This document shows positions 1 to 10,719 of a DNA stretch of 64,000 nucleotides, one piece after another (the first letter of the stretch is position 1; each line of letters starts with the position of its first letter). The notes under the pieces were generated by a model, which saw only the letters and a list, made by a program, of their open reading frames with translations, did no database searches and was not told where the DNA came from. This stretch comes from Bacteroidales bacterium (GTDB lineage Bacteria; Bacteroidota; Bacteroidia; Bacteroidales; UBA4417). A program made the translations under genes and the position numbers. The stretch is taken from contig OY762227.1 in assembly GCA_963665485.1 (NCBI GenBank), positions 1,231,293 to 1,295,292 on the forward strand, given 5' to 3'.

Positions 1-147
1 CGTTACTGGGATTTAGTTCGTTGGGATATGTCCAGTTCGCAACAAACAGGCTTTGTTAAAGGCAAACATGAACTGTTCCCTATTCCTCTGAACGAGATTC
101 TTTCTAATACCGCAATGGGAGAAAAAGCTCAAAATCCCGGATACTAA
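1..147 (+). CDS. SusD/RagB-family outer-membrane nutrient-binding protein, C-terminal fragment (5' end outside window)
   Basis: Frame 1 is open from base 1 to the TAA at 145-147. The tail RYWDLVRWDM...LFPIPLNEILSNTAMGEKAQNPGY looks like the conserved C-terminus of SusD-like proteins. Carbohydrate genes follow. Confidence 0.6.
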   Translation, partial: RYWDLVRWDMSSSQQTGFVKGKHELFPIPLNEILSNTAMGEKAQNPGY

Positions 148-168
148 TACATCCGGATGAGCAAAATT

Positions 169-284
169 AAAAGGAGGTTGACAGGGTAACCAATTAGATG
201 ACTTGAGGGTTTAATGATTATTTGGTGATCTTAGAAACAATTGGTTGGTTGGCTGAGCAGGTTATCCTGTTCAGCCTCCTTTTT
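169..284. repeat. Long imperfect stem-loop downstream of the susD-like gene
   Basis: AAAAGGAGGTTGACAGGGTAACC (169-191) is the near reverse complement of GGTTATCCTGTTCAGCCTCCTTTT (260-283). Inner ACCAATT/AATTGGT pairing is also present. Confidence 0.5.
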
Positions 285-631
285 AATATCTCATTTCTTT
301 TAAACAACGTAAAAAAGGTTTTCCCTGGATTTTTCTGATATTTTCCCGGTAAAATACAGCGTGGATCTTATGATGTACAACTTCTAAAAAGTGGTTATTC
401 GTAGCAGCAACAAAAAATCAAAAAATAGTACATTCAATTAGGAAAATAGGATTAGTTTCTTTAGACCAAAAGTTTAATTTTTGCAGTTTTAGAATTGTAT
501 TTAATGCAAAAACAACCTCTGAAATCGGGAAGAAAAAATCAGGTGATTAATTTAAACTTAAGCCAAATATAGAGCAGCATTAAATAGCTGGTTTATAACA
601 AGCCCACTACTTAACAACTTAAACCAGTACA

Positions 632-2245
632 ATGAATCTGATCAATCAAAAACTAAAATTTTCGGAGAAAGTCGGTTACGCGCTTGGCGATGGGGCTGCA
701 AATATTGCCTGGCGTGGGGTAGCCACCTTTCTGTTTATTTTTTACACCGATGTTTTTGGAATAAGTCCCGCTACAGTTGGCTTGTTGATGCTGATTGCAC
801 GATTTAGCGATGGGATTATTGATATTATTATGGGTGTTGTCTGCGACAGGACAAATACTAAATACGGCAAATTCCGCCCCTGGATATTATGGACAGCCAT
901 TCCTTTAGGGATAACATTATCCCTGCTGTTCACATCTCCTAACCTTGGTGAAACCGGGAAAGTGGTTTATGCCTATGCTACGTACCTGTTGTTTTTTATT
1001 ATGTACACCGCTAACAATATCCCTTACGGTGCATTAATGGCTGTTATGACCGGTGATGACAAAGAACGCACAAGCCTGGGCTCGTATCGCATGGTGGGCG
1101 CGTTTACAGGAGGCATGGTGGTTCAGGGCGCGTTGTTGTTCCTGGTCGCCAATTTTGGAAATATCAATCCGACTATTATTGTCGACAAACTTGAAGCGAA
1201 GAAATACGAAGTAACGGTATCGACCAACCAGGATGTTAAGAATGTAAACATCAAAACTAAAGACGGAATTGCAATGTTTACCTGGGCCGATGCAGCGGTT
1301 AACGATAGCACTAACAATCCTGCAAAAGGGAAAAGTTTTTCGATGCTGGCCGGAGAAACGTACTCATTTATCGTAACTGGTGAAGATAATCTTGAACCAG
1401 GGAAAATCAGTATTATTGACCAGAAAAGAGGGTATAGCTCTGCTATTTATATCTTGTCGGTTTTCTTATCGCTTTTCCTGATAATCACTTTCCTGACGAC
1501 GAAGGAAAGGGTTCAACCTCCCAAAGAACAGAAAACCAATCTGGGAAAAGATTTGAAAGATCTGATCAGGAACAAACCATGGCTGATACTGTTGGGGATT
1601 GGATTATTATTCCAGGTTTACAACTCTATTAAACAAGGCATTGTTGTAATTTATTTTTCACATTACCTGCATAACCAGCTTCTGGCAGCATCGTTCATGA
1701 TCGGCTTAATGATTGCTTCTATCGGAGGCGCAATGATTACTTCACCACTGGCAAAACGATATGGAAAGCGCAACTTGTTCATCTATGCGTTGATTTTCTC
1801 TGGTGCGGTTAACTCATTACTTGTTTTTTGTGGCCCCGAAAACATTGTTGCTATTTTCACTATCGGAATAATTTCGGAATGTGCCGCTGCCATATTCCCG
1901 ACCTTGTTTTTTGCCATGCTTGGCGATGCCGCTGATTACTCGGAGTTTAAAAATGGACGTAGAGCAACCGGGTTAATCTATTCAGCAGGTTCTTTCTCAA
2001 CCAAGTTTGGCGGTGGTGTGGCCGGAGCTATTATTGGCTTTGTTTTAGCGGCATTTCATTACAATGGACAGGATGAAATTGCAATTCAGGGCGCAGTTCC
2101 GGGTATCATAATGCTCATGAGTTGGATTCCGGCAATCGTAGCATTTATCGCCGCCGGGTTTATGACTCTTTATCCTTTGACTCAAAAGAAAATGGATGAA
2201 ATTACTCTTGAACTAGGTAACCGAAGAGTTAAAGAACTGGTTTGA
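632..2245 (+). CDS. Glycoside-pentoside-hexuronide (GPH)/MFS family sugar:cation symporter with an extra ~90-aa hydrophilic insert
   Basis: 537-aa ORF with multiple hydrophobic spans. GPH-like N-terminus (KVGYALGDGAANIAWRG, RFSDGIIDIIMG..DRT..KYGKFRPW). Sits directly upstream of the GH94 gene. Confidence 0.85.
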   Translation: MNLINQKLKFSEKVGYALGDGAANIAWRGVATFLFIFYTDVFGISPATVGLLMLIARFSDGIIDIIMGVVCDRTNTKYGKFRPWILWTAIPLGITLSLLFTSPNLGETGKVVYAYATYLLFFIMYTANNIPYGALMAVMTGDDKERTSLGSYRMVGAFTGGMVVQGALLFLVANFGNINPTIIVDKLEAKKYEVTVSTNQDVKNVNIKTKDGIAMFTWADAAVNDSTNNPAKGKSFSMLAGETYSFIVTGEDNLEPGKISIIDQKRGYSSAIYILSVFLSLFLIITFLTTKERVQPPKEQKTNLGKDLKDLIRNKPWLILLGIGLLFQVYNSIKQGIVVIYFSHYLHNQLLAASFMIGLMIASIGGAMITSPLAKRYGKRNLFIYALIFSGAVNSLLVFCGPENIVAIFTIGIISECAAAIFPTLFFAMLGDAADYSEFKNGRRATGLIYSAGSFSTKFGGGVAGAIIGFVLAAFHYNGQDEIAIQGAVPGIIMLMSWIPAIVAFIAAGFMTLYPLTQKKMDEITLELGNRRVKELV

Positions 2246-2297
2246 AAACCATCATAAATTTAAGAAATACATCAGCATATAATTAATACGCAGTACT

Positions 2298-4736
2298 ATG
2301 AAATTCGGACATTTCGACGATCATCACAGAGAGTATGTGATCACTAATCCACAAACCCCCTGGCCCTGGATCAATTACCTGGGTAATGAAGATTTTTTCT
2401 CACTGATTTCAAATACTGCCGGCGGTTATTCTTTTTACAAAGATGCAAAGTTTCGCAGAATCAACAGATATCGCTACAACAATGTGCCGATGGATAGCGG
2501 CGGTCGTTACTTCTATATAAAAGACGAAGAAACTACCTGGTCGCCGGGTTGGAAACCCTGCAAAACCCCTCTCGATAGTTATGAATGCCGGCATGGAATG
2601 AATTACACATCAATCCAGGGTGAAAAAAATGGAGTAACTGCCAAAGTCCTGTTCTTTGTTCCGTTGAAAACCTGGGCCGAAGTTCAAAAACTTACGCTTA
2701 CAAATAATTCGGATGGAGTTAAGAGTCTGAAAATTTTCTCGTTTACTGAATGGTGTTTGTGGAACGCCGCCGCTGATATGGAAAACTTTCAGCGTAACTT
2801 CTCAACGGGAGAAGTAGAGGTAGAAGGATCGGTGATCTATCATAAAACCGAGTATAAGGAACGTCGTAATCATTACGCTTTTTATTCAGTGAATACGCCA
2901 ATCAAAGGCTTCGACACGGATCGCGAAACATTTTTTGGCCTGTATAATGGTTTCGAAGCGCCACAAGTGGTTGCTGAAGGAAATCCAACAAATACGGTTG
3001 CTCACGGCTGGTCACCTATTGCGTCTCATTGCATTGAGGTTGTACTTCAACCCGGCGAGTCGAAAGACCTGGTATTTGTATTGGGCTATGTGGAAAATGC
3101 AGAAGATAAAAAATGGGAAAGTAAAGGCATCATTAATAAAACCCTGGCGAAGAAAACCATAGCCCGTTTCAATACTCCTGAAAAAGCAGATGCCGCTTTT
3201 GCTGAATTGCGTGCGTATTGGGACTCTCTGTTAAGTGTTTACACAATAAGTTCCGGCGACGAGAAACTCGACCGTATGGTAAATATCTGGAATCAATACC
3301 AGTGTATGATAACCTTTTGCTTTTCCCGATCTGCTTCGTTTTTCGAATCAGGAATAGGGCGGGGCATGGGTTTCCGCGATTCGAACCAGGATTTGGTAGG
3401 CTTTGTACATCAGCTTCCTGAACGGGCTCGTGAACGAATTATCGACATCGCATCAACCCAATTTCCCGACGGTGGCTGCTACCACCAGTATCAGCCGCTT
3501 ACAAAAAAAGGGAACAACGAGATTGGACAAGGTTTCAACGATGACCCGATGTGGCTGATTTTTGGCACAACATGCTATATCAAAGAAACCGGGGATTTCA
3601 GTATCCTGGATGAGCCCGTTCCTTTCGATAATCAGCCCGGTTCGGAAGTTTCATTATTTGAGCATTTAACTGTTTCGTTCAATCATATAATCAATAACTT
3701 AGGGCCACATGGCTTACCCCTGATCGGACGTGCCGATTGGAATGATTGTCTTAACCTGAATTGCTTTTCAACCGACCCCAATGAGAGTTTCCAAACTACA
3801 GAAAACAAATCGGAGGGAAGCAAAGCTGAAAGTTTGATGATAGCCGGATTATTTGTGGTTTATGGCAGGGATTATATTGAGCTGAGCAATAAAACCGGAA
3901 ACCCTGCCGAAGCAATACGCGCGCAAAAGCATGTTGATGAAATGGTTAAAGCCATAAAAGTTCATGGCTGGGATGGCGATTGGTTTCTACGCGCCTATGA
4001 TTTTTATGGTCATAAAATTGGTTCGCACGAAAATATTGAAGGGAAAATCTTCATTGAATCGAACGGATGGTGCGCTATGGCAGGCATTGGCCAGGAAGAA
4101 GGTATGGTTACCAAAGCCCTTGATTCAGTAAAGAAACATCTCGATTGTGATCACGGAATTGTTCTCAATAACCCGGCGTTTACAAAATATTATGTTGAAT
4201 ATGGTGAAATCTCCACATACCCGCCCGGATACAAGGAGAATGCCGGAATATTCTGCCACAATAATCCCTGGATCATGATTGGTGAAACCGTGGTAGGAAA
4301 CGGCAACCGTGCCTGGGAATATTACCGTAAAATATGCCCGTCGTATCTCGAAGATATAAGCGAATTACACAAAACAGAGCCTTATGTGTACGCGCAGATG
4401 ATTGCTGGAAAAGATGCTTTCAAACCTGGCGAAGCCAAGAACTCGTGGTTGACAGGAACAGCTGCCTGGAATTTTTATGCCATTACCCAATTTATTCTTG
4501 GCATTCAGCCTGATTTTGACGGCCTTAGAATTAATCCCTGCGTTCCTAAAGATTGGAAAGGATATAGTGTTACCCGTAAATTCAGGGGCGCAACCTATCA
4601 GATTGAGATCCAAAATCCATATGGCAAATCAAAGGGTGTGAAAGAGGTAATTGTTGATGGAAAACCGCAAACTTCGAATCTTATTCCTTTGTTTAGCGAC
4701 GGATTGGAACATGCTGTTATAGTTATTTTGGGATAA
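2298..4736 (+). CDS. GH94 cellobiose/cellodextrin (or chitobiose) phosphorylase
   Basis: 812-aa ORF. The N-terminus [27 protein letters not shown] and the overall length are typical of GH94 phosphorylases. Substrate is not resolvable by eye. Confidence 0.9.
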   Translation: MKFGHFDDHHREYVITNPQTPWPWINYLGNEDFFSLISNTAGGYSFYKDAKFRRINRYRYNNVPMDSGGRYFYIKDEETTWSPGWKPCKTPLDSYECRHGMNYTSIQGEKNGVTAKVLFFVPLKTWAEVQKLTLTNNSDGVKSLKIFSFTEWCLWNAAADMENFQRNFSTGEVEVEGSVIYHKTEYKERRNHYAFYSVNTPIKGFDTDRETFFGLYNGFEAPQVVAEGNPTNTVAHGWSPIASHCIEVVLQPGESKDLVFVLGYVENAEDKKWESKGIINKTLAKKTIARFNTPEKADAAFAELRAYWDSLLSVYTISSGDEKLDRMVNIWNQYQCMITFCFSRSASFFESGIGRGMGFRDSNQDLVGFVHQLPERARERIIDIASTQFPDGGCYHQYQPLTKKGNNEIGQGFNDDPMWLIFGTTCYIKETGDFSILDEPVPFDNQPGSEVSLFEHLTVSFNHIINNLGPHGLPLIGRADWNDCLNLNCFSTDPNESFQTTENKSEGSKAESLMIAGLFVVYGRDYIELSNKTGNPAEAIRAQKHVDEMVKAIKVHGWDGDWFLRAYDFYGHKIGSHENIEGKIFIESNGWCAMAGIGQEEGMVTKALDSVKKHLDCDHGIVLNNPAFTKYYVEYGEISTYPPGYKENAGIFCHNNPWIMIGETVVGNGNRAWEYYRKICPSYLEDISELHKTEPYVYAQMIAGKDAFKPGEAKNSWLTGTAAWNFYAITQFILGIQPDFDGLRINPCVPKDWKGYSVTRKFRGATYQIEIQNPYGKSKGVKEVIVDGKPQTSNLIPLFSDGLEHAVIVILG

Positions 4737-5205
4737 AATGTCATGAATTTAATTATCTGTATCATTGAAAAAACTGGTAATAAAGCCAATCGAAATGCAG
4801 TAAATTCTGATTATCTAAAAGATAAATTAAACAGAAAATTATGTACACGAATAACTGAGTCTGCAAGACTGCAAGGTAACGGAACAAATAAGGAAAGCGC
4901 GTATAGCCATCCGGCACAGCCTGCGTTGGTAGAAATATTCTGTAAAATTAGTATTATATCAGCCTGAAGGTTTTCAGTTCTTTTTAAGCTGCTATGTGGC
5001 AAACCTTTGCTTTCTATTGCCCGAAAAATTTGCAGTTGTTAGTTAAGGTGGAACAAATACTCATCTTTGCTTAGCAACCCGGAAAACATTCGTGCGTTAA
5101 ACGGCATTCTTTCAGCCACTTTATGTTTTATGCTGGTAGCTTCTTTTAAAGGTAACATAGTGTAATTGTTTAAGTTATATCTATTTTTAATTGTGGTTTT
5201 TGGTA

Positions 5206-5364
5206 TTATCCGCAGCTGTTTTTACTGTTTTTCAGATCACATCCTGTGCAGCCACCGCAGGCACTTTTCGGTTTTTTACCCGGGTGCAGCGACCTAAATA
5301 TCGAATACCCGGTATACACAAACGCGGCTAAAATAATTAAGGCTACTATTATATTCTGGTACAT
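5206..5364 (-). CDS. FeoB-associated Cys-rich small membrane protein
   Basis: Internal Met gives MYQNIIVALIILAAFVYTGYSIF...ACGGCTGCDLKN: one TM helix plus a Cys-rich tail. It starts 12 nt downstream of the feoB stop. Confidence 0.7.
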   Translation of the reverse strand: MYQNIIVALIILAAFVYTGYSIFRSLHPGKKPKSACGGCTGCDLKNSKNSCG

Positions 5365-5375
5365 AGGATGATGAA

Positions 5376-7904
5376 TTAAAGTAAACTTCCAACCTGGTAC
5401 GTTGCAAATGCTACCAGCCAGGCCAAAACGGTTGTGTAAACCATGGTAAATGCAGCCCATCCCCAGTTTGCTTCGCGTTTTACGGCTGCTATTACCGCTA
5501 TGCAGGGGAAATAGATTAAGACAAATAGCATCAAGGTGAAAGCAACCAGGGGCGAAAAAACTTTTTCACCTATCCTTGGCCCGCTCGTAAATACTTGTTT
5601 CTGTAATTTATTCTGCAGCCCAACTGATGTTTCATCTGCTTCAAGGTCCGATTGATACAAAACGCCCATGGAGCCTACCAGGATTTCTTTTGCCGCCAGG
5701 CCGGTTACAATACTTACTCCTATTTTCCAGTCGAAGCCCAGGGGTGTGATCACAGGGGTAATAAAATGCCCGATCTGCCCGATATACGATTTCTCCATCC
5801 GTTCCGATTCACGCGCTATGGTCAGTTTTGTGATTTGTGATGCTTTGATGCTGTCAACCTGGGTTACATCATTCTGGACTTTCAGGATGGCAGCATTGTA
5901 TTTCATTGAATTTTCGGTGTTTCTGGGGAAATATCCCAGTGCCCATATCAGGATGGACGCAAACAGGATTACCGTTCCCATTTTAGTGAGATACTGCACA
6001 CTTTTATTCCACATATGTATGCTGGTATTGCGCAACGTAGGCATTCGGTAAGGCGGTAGTTCCATTACAAACGGAACATCTGCTTTTTTGAAAAATATCT
6101 TTTTAAATACTAAAGTCATAATAATTGCCAGAACCACCCCGATTACATAGATTGTCAGAAGGACCAACCCCTGTTTTACCGGGAAAAACGCCGAAATCAG
6201 CAATACATAAACCGGCAGGCGGGCGCTGCACGACATAAAAGGAATGATGAGCATGGTAAGCAAGCGATCTTTACGGTTTTCCAAAGTTCGCGTGGCCATC
6301 ACTGCCGGAACATTGCAGCCGAATCCCATCAATAAAGGAATAAACGATTTGCCATGAAGCCCGATTTTATGCATCAGCCTGTCCATGATAAAAGCGGCGC
6401 GGGCCATATAGCCGGTGTCTTCCATTAACGAAATGCAAAAGAAAAGGATCAGGATGTTGGGAAGAAATACAATTACGCCTCCAACTCCGCCTATGATACC
6501 GTCGATAATCAGATCGTGAAGCGCACCTTCGGGCATCGTATTCCCGATTACGTCGCTCAGCCAGCCAAGGCCCAGATCAATCCAGTCCATGGGATAGCTG
6601 CCAAGGGTAAAAGTAACCTGGAACATAGCCCACATAAAAAACAGGAATACCGGAAACCCAAGCCATTTATGGGTTAACACTGAATCGGCATCGTGGCCGG
6701 CTTTTCGCTTTTGTTCGGGTGCCAGGTGATAGGTTTCCTTTAACGCACCTTTGATAAATGCATATTTCGCGTCGGTAAGTATGGTTTCGGTTTTTTCGTT
6801 GTACGCTTTCTCCAGTTGGTTTTGCTCACGTTTAGCGGTTCCAATCAGTTGGGTGGTGCCAGGCAATTCAGCAAGCGATTTGAAAATATGCGAATCGTTT
6901 TCTAAAAGTTTAATGGCAAGGTAAAGCGGATGATAGCGATCTGTAAGTACTTTGTCTTTATCAATAAGTTGTGTGAGCGTATCGATGGATTTATTGATAT
7001 CAGCACCATAATTGATATGAACATGCCTTACCGATTTTTCGTTTTCATGGTAAACATCAATCACTTTTTGCATCAGGTCATCAATGCCTTTGCCTTTCGA
7101 TGCCACGCAGGGAACGATAGGAATACCAATCATTTCGCCCAGCATTTTGTAATCGAAACGATCGCCTTTGTTCTCCAGTTCATCGAACATGTTCAATGCA
7201 ATCACCACTTTAATATCCATATCGATAAGCTGTGTGGTGAGGTATAGATTACGCTCAATATTGGAGGCATCAATCACATTTATAACCACATCTGGCATTT
7301 CGTCGGTAAGATGATGCCGCACAAAAAGCTCCTCCGACGAATATTCCGAAATAGAATATGTTCCCGGCAAATCAGTAACAAAAAGCGTATGATCGTTTTT
7401 CTTAAGCCGTGCGGTTTTTATATCCACCGTTACGCCACCATAATTTCCAACCCTTTCGTGCTTGCCGGTTGCGTAGTTGAAAAGGGTAGTTTTGCCACAA
7501 TTCGGATTTCCAACCAATGCCACATGAATATGATGACTTTGTTCCCTGAGATTATGGGGCGCTGTTTCCAGCAAATGGGTTCCGTTGTACGATTTTTCAG
7601 CTTGTTCGAGTGAACCGGCAGGCAAAATTTCAATCAGTTCAGCTTCACTTCTGCGTAACGAAACCCGGTAGCCCATCAGTTCATATTCAGCCGGATCCTG
7701 CAACGGCGCTTTTTTAATGGCCTTTACCCGTGTTCCCGACACAAAACCCATCTCGGTAATGCGTTTACGAAAAGCGCCATAGCCCCTTACTTTGGTTATA
7801 AAAGCCGTTTCGCCATCAGCAAGATCGGATAAAAATCGATCGGTGACAGTGTGACCTATGAGTGGTATATTTACCTGGTTTTCAATATTTTCTGTAGTAT
7901 TCAA
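5376..7904 (-). CDS. feoB: Ferrous iron transporter FeoB with fused N-terminal FeoA domain
   Basis: 842 aa. FeoA-like SH3 region (FITKVRGYGAFRKRITEMGFVSGTRV), G-domain P-loop (GNPNCGKTTLFN) and a polytopic C-terminal permease. Confidence 0.9.
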   Translation of the reverse strand: MNTTENIENQVNIPLIGHTVTDRFLSDLADGETAFITKVRGYGAFRKRITEMGFVSGTRVKAIKKAPLQDPAEYELMGYRVSLRRSEAELIEILPAGSLEQAEKSYNGTHLLETAPHNLREQSHHIHVALVGNPNCGKTTLFNYATGKHERVGNYGGVTVDIKTARLKKNDHTLFVTDLPGTYSISEYSSEELFVRHHLTDEMPDVVINVIDASNIERNLYLTTQLIDMDIKVVIALNMFDELENKGDRFDYKMLGEMIGIPIVPCVASKGKGIDDLMQKVIDVYHENEKSVRHVHINYGADINKSIDTLTQLIDKDKVLTDRYHPLYLAIKLLENDSHIFKSLAELPGTTQLIGTAKREQNQLEKAYNEKTETILTDAKYAFIKGALKETYHLAPEQKRKAGHDADSVLTHKWLGFPVFLFFMWAMFQVTFTLGSYPMDWIDLGLGWLSDVIGNTMPEGALHDLIIDGIIGGVGGVIVFLPNILILFFCISLMEDTGYMARAAFIMDRLMHKIGLHGKSFIPLLMGFGCNVPAVMATRTLENRKDRLLTMLIIPFMSCSARLPVYVLLISAFFPVKQGLVLLTIYVIGVVLAIIMTLVFKKIFFKKADVPFVMELPPYRMPTLRNTSIHMWNKSVQYLTKMGTVILFASILIWALGYFPRNTENSMKYNAAILKVQNDVTQVDSIKASQITKLTIARESERMEKSYIGQIGHFITPVITPLGFDWKIGVSIVTGLAAKEILVGSMGVLYQSDLEADETSVGLQNKLQKQVFTSGPRIGEKVFSPLVAFTLMLFVLIYFPCIAVIAAVKREANWGWAAFTMVYTTVLAWLVAFATYQVGSLL

Positions 7905-7963
7905 TCTGTTGTCTTTTAAATGGATGTAGGCATAAGCCGGAAATGGATTCAGAAGTTTGGTTT

Positions 7964-9169
7964 TTAAAAATTAATGCTAAACCGCAGGATGCAAGCCAAT
8001 GCGTTAGGCAAAACCTCGCCGGTTCCTCCGGGATGAATTATATACTGCAAATCAGGCTGTACTGAAAAATTATCGCCGGTCTGTTTTTTGTAATAGGCTT
8101 CGATGGTGGTTTCGTTTTTTCTATAATTTTTATTGAAAGCTGCACAAGCAATTGCCAGCCCTATGGCATCTCCTGTTTGCTTTTTCGAAATACCAAAGTA
8201 ATTTATTCCTCCGCCTAAGTAGTAATGATGGTTATTGATACTTGCCGGGCTTAACGCAAGCTGCGCAAACACGCCAATACTTTGGTGGCTGCCAGCTTTT
8301 TTCCAGATGGTTTGGTCCGCGATAAAGTAGGCACCGTAATTTTTATCGAACACTTCGGTTATTTCACCGGTTTCGGGATCGGTATCTTTTAATCCTGAAT
8401 GAAAATAATAACCGGCTTTATAGGTTCCCGGCAATTGAAACATATTTGTGTACCAGTTGAGTTCGCCCAGGATCAGTGACCCGTCTTCGGTACACAGATG
8501 CCAGTTGGTGTTGTAAACGTTATGTTCAAATGCGGTAGGGTAACCGTCGTAAATGGCTGCCGTTAACGAAATATTTTCGGTGAAATGAATTTTCGTTGTA
8601 ATGCCCAGGGCAGTCAACGGGAAAATAGGCGCAGGTATATTATCCGCGATAAGCGAAGGGATGCCGAACGAACTGTTAATAAAACTGCCCCCGTTATCGC
8701 TGGCAGCAAATTCAGTATTCAGATCTTGTAGTCCGAAAGTAATTTCGAAACGCTTGAACCTTTGCTGATACCACAACTCATGAATGTACACGTGATCGCC
8801 GGCATCAATATTGGAAACTGCCTGAAAATCACCAACCAGGTTCTCAGTGGGCGACTTGCCGTGGGTTACAGCGCCATTAATAAAAAACTGCCCGCCTTTC
8901 CATAACTGTGCATTTTGTGTATCGAAACCTACTTTCAGATTGGCCATTCCCAGGAAAACAATTCCTGTTTTTATACCACCCATCATATTGGTGCTGATGT
9001 CGCCAGTGTAGGAAGCTTCGGTTGAAACTGCTTTTACAGCCTGGTTCAGACTCTGCTGATCAGCATTTTCAGCCATAACGGGGCTTGGGTTTGTTGTATC
9101 GCTTATTCCGTCAGCCTTGGCATGTAGTGCAAATGTTAATGTGATTATGAGTATAAGTATTGATTTCAT
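7964..9169 (-). CDS. Outer-membrane beta-barrel porin (OprB/carbohydrate-porin-like)
   Basis: Signal peptide (MKSILILIITLTFALHAKA), alternating beta-strand pattern and C-terminal Phe (RFSINF). Lies 59 nt upstream of feoAB on the same strand. Family assignment is tentative. Confidence 0.55.
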   Translation of the reverse strand: MKSILILIITLTFALHAKADGISDTTNPSPVMAENADQQSLNQAVKAVSTEASYTGDISTNMMGGIKTGIVFLGMANLKVGFDTQNAQLWKGGQFFINGAVTHGKSPTENLVGDFQAVSNIDAGDHVYIHELWYQQRFKRFEITFGLQDLNTEFAASDNGGSFINSSFGIPSLIADNIPAPIFPLTALGITTKIHFTENISLTAAIYDGYPTAFEHNVYNTNWHLCTEDGSLILGELNWYTNMFQLPGTYKAGYYFHSGLKDTDPETGEITEVFDKNYGAYFIADQTIWKKAGSHQSIGVFAQLALSPASINNHHYYLGGGINYFGISKKQTGDAIGLAIACAAFNKNYRKNETTIEAYYKKQTGDNFSVQPDLQYIIHPGGTGEVLPNALACILRFSINF

Positions 9170-9290
9170 ACGGGTTGATTTGCCTGGTTTTCAGGATGCA
9201 AAGTAACTTCAGGCAGCCGAAGGCTGCAATCACGTAAAATGATGAATTTTCAGAGTTTGTATCCCTTATAGCAGGGATTTGAAATCAAGC

Positions 9291-9911
9291 TTATCCGGTA
9301 TATGAATCGAGTGAAATAAATTTATTTGAAATAGCATAAATAGTAAGACCAGCCTGGCTTTTGATGCCGGTCTTTTGAATAATATTTTTCCTGTGGCTGG
9401 CTACCGTGTGTATGCTGATATTGAGTTTGTCGGCAATTTCTTTGTTTGATAATCCGTGAACCAATTGTAACAGAACATCCAATTCTCTTTCAGTGATCTG
9501 CTCTGTGATAGCTGATTCAATGTTGTTCGCGGTAAGTTGGGATTGTTTGTATATTGTGTTTACAATGGTTTCGGGTGTATCAGTAATATTTATGATACTG
9601 TCGAAAAGAGAAATTGCTTCTTTATCGAAATAGGAATAAATTAGTCCGGTCCATTTAAATTGCGGATGTAAACGTTTCAATTGATTAAACTGGCGTATAT
9701 CGTGTTGTACCTGCGCCGGGTTAAGAATGATGGCATCTGTTTTATCTTTGAATGCAGGATGTTCGAGTTCATCCATGTTGTCGAGCCTGTAAATCTGGAA
9801 GTGGTGTTCCGAACGGAGCAGTATGTTGGCTAATCCTTCGTAAATAATATGCGAAGGTTCCAGGATAGCGATATGTATAAGATTTTTAACCAAGGATTTG
9901 CTTGTTTTCAA
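9291..9911 (-). CDS. LuxR/NarL-type transcriptional regulator with degenerate (pseudo-)receiver domain
   Basis: C-terminal LuxR HTH (ERELDVLLQLVHGLSNKEIADKLNISIHTVASHRKNI). The N-terminal receiver-like fold lacks the acidic pocket: IAILEPS replaces the DD pair and AIILNPAQ replaces the phospho-Asp. Confidence 0.8.
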   Translation of the reverse strand: MKTSKSLVKNLIHIAILEPSHIIYEGLANILLRSEHHFQIYRLDNMDELEHPAFKDKTDAIILNPAQVQHDIRQFNQLKRLHPQFKWTGLIYSYFDKEAISLFDSIINITDTPETIVNTIYKQSQLTANNIESAITEQITERELDVLLQLVHGLSNKEIADKLNISIHTVASHRKNIIQKTGIKSQAGLTIYAISNKFISLDSYTG

Positions 9912-10608
9912 GGTTTATAACAAGCGGGATCAGTATTGTTTCCTCAATGAGTGAATGAATACTGAGAACAAATTCAAGTTCTATCAGGCTAAAGAGGAGT
10001 TTGCGACGGTTAACCGGATCGTTTTTTAGCGAAACATGCCTGAGCAGCAGATTTTTAAGATCAGCAAGTTTCGACTCAATATCGGTGTGGTGTTCCAGGT
10101 ATTCCGTTCCGGAGAATTTAATTTCCCCATTTCGCTGTTCGGTTACTTTGCCGGGAAGTAGACTGCGAAAATAAGGAAAGGCAATTCCTTCTTCATAATC
10201 AAGATGTTCGGATACTTCCAAAAAATAATCATTAAAGAATTTCTCGATCATTCTGATTTCAGCAGATGGGTTTTTATCGAATAGTTTTTTTATATGATCC
10301 TGTATTTCAGGATATTTGTCATATTTAAAATAGTAATGCGCATTTCTTAAAAACCCGATTATAGTTTCGATATGTCCTGAATCGAATCCTTCAGATCCTA
10401 TTGAGGTAAAACCATTGTAAAGGTTGGCAAACGAAATAAATACTTTTTCATTGATACCATTTTCAGTACAAAGTTGTGATACCGTTTTATCATGCACCAC
10501 CAAATCCAGCCCAAAATGTTCCAATAAAAGGAGAAGATAAGGGTTCTCGAATATCAGATCGGCCATTCTGATATGCGGTTTGATGTATGTTTTGGTAGTT
10601 TGATACAT
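9886..10608 (-). CDS. Hemerythrin-like / RIC(ScdA)-like metal-binding domain protein
   Basis: 240 aa with His/Glu-rich helical motifs (EHLDYEEGIAFPYF, YLEHHTDIESKL). Its 3' end overlaps the LuxR gene start by 26 nt. Assignment is by motif resemblance only. Confidence 0.45.
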   Translation of the reverse strand: MYQTTKTYIKPHIRMADLIFENPYLLLLLEHFGLDLVVHDKTVSQLCTENGINEKVFISFANLYNGFTSIGSEGFDSGHIETIIGFLRNAHYYFKYDKYPEIQDHIKKLFDKNPSAEIRMIEKFFNDYFLEVSEHLDYEEGIAFPYFRSLLPGKVTEQRNGEIKFSGTEYLEHHTDIESKLADLKNLLLRHVSLKNDPVNRRKLLFSLIELEFVLSIHSLIEETILIPLVINLENKQILG

Positions 10609-10719
10609 GTGAATCAGATATTTTTATTGGCTAAAATTAATTTTAATTTGTCAAACCTGCCTGGCATTTTTTGTAAATACTATTACAGAATGCTTGTTTC
10701 ATCATTCGGTGCGTTTGCT

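Noticed and set aside
5039-5158. 39-aa minus-strand ORF (MLPLKEATSIKHKVAERMPFNARMFSGLLSKDEYLFHLN) downstream of the feo cluster
   Set aside because: It has no recognisable motif, no paralogue, and no coupling to the upstream gene. It cannot be supported from sequence alone.
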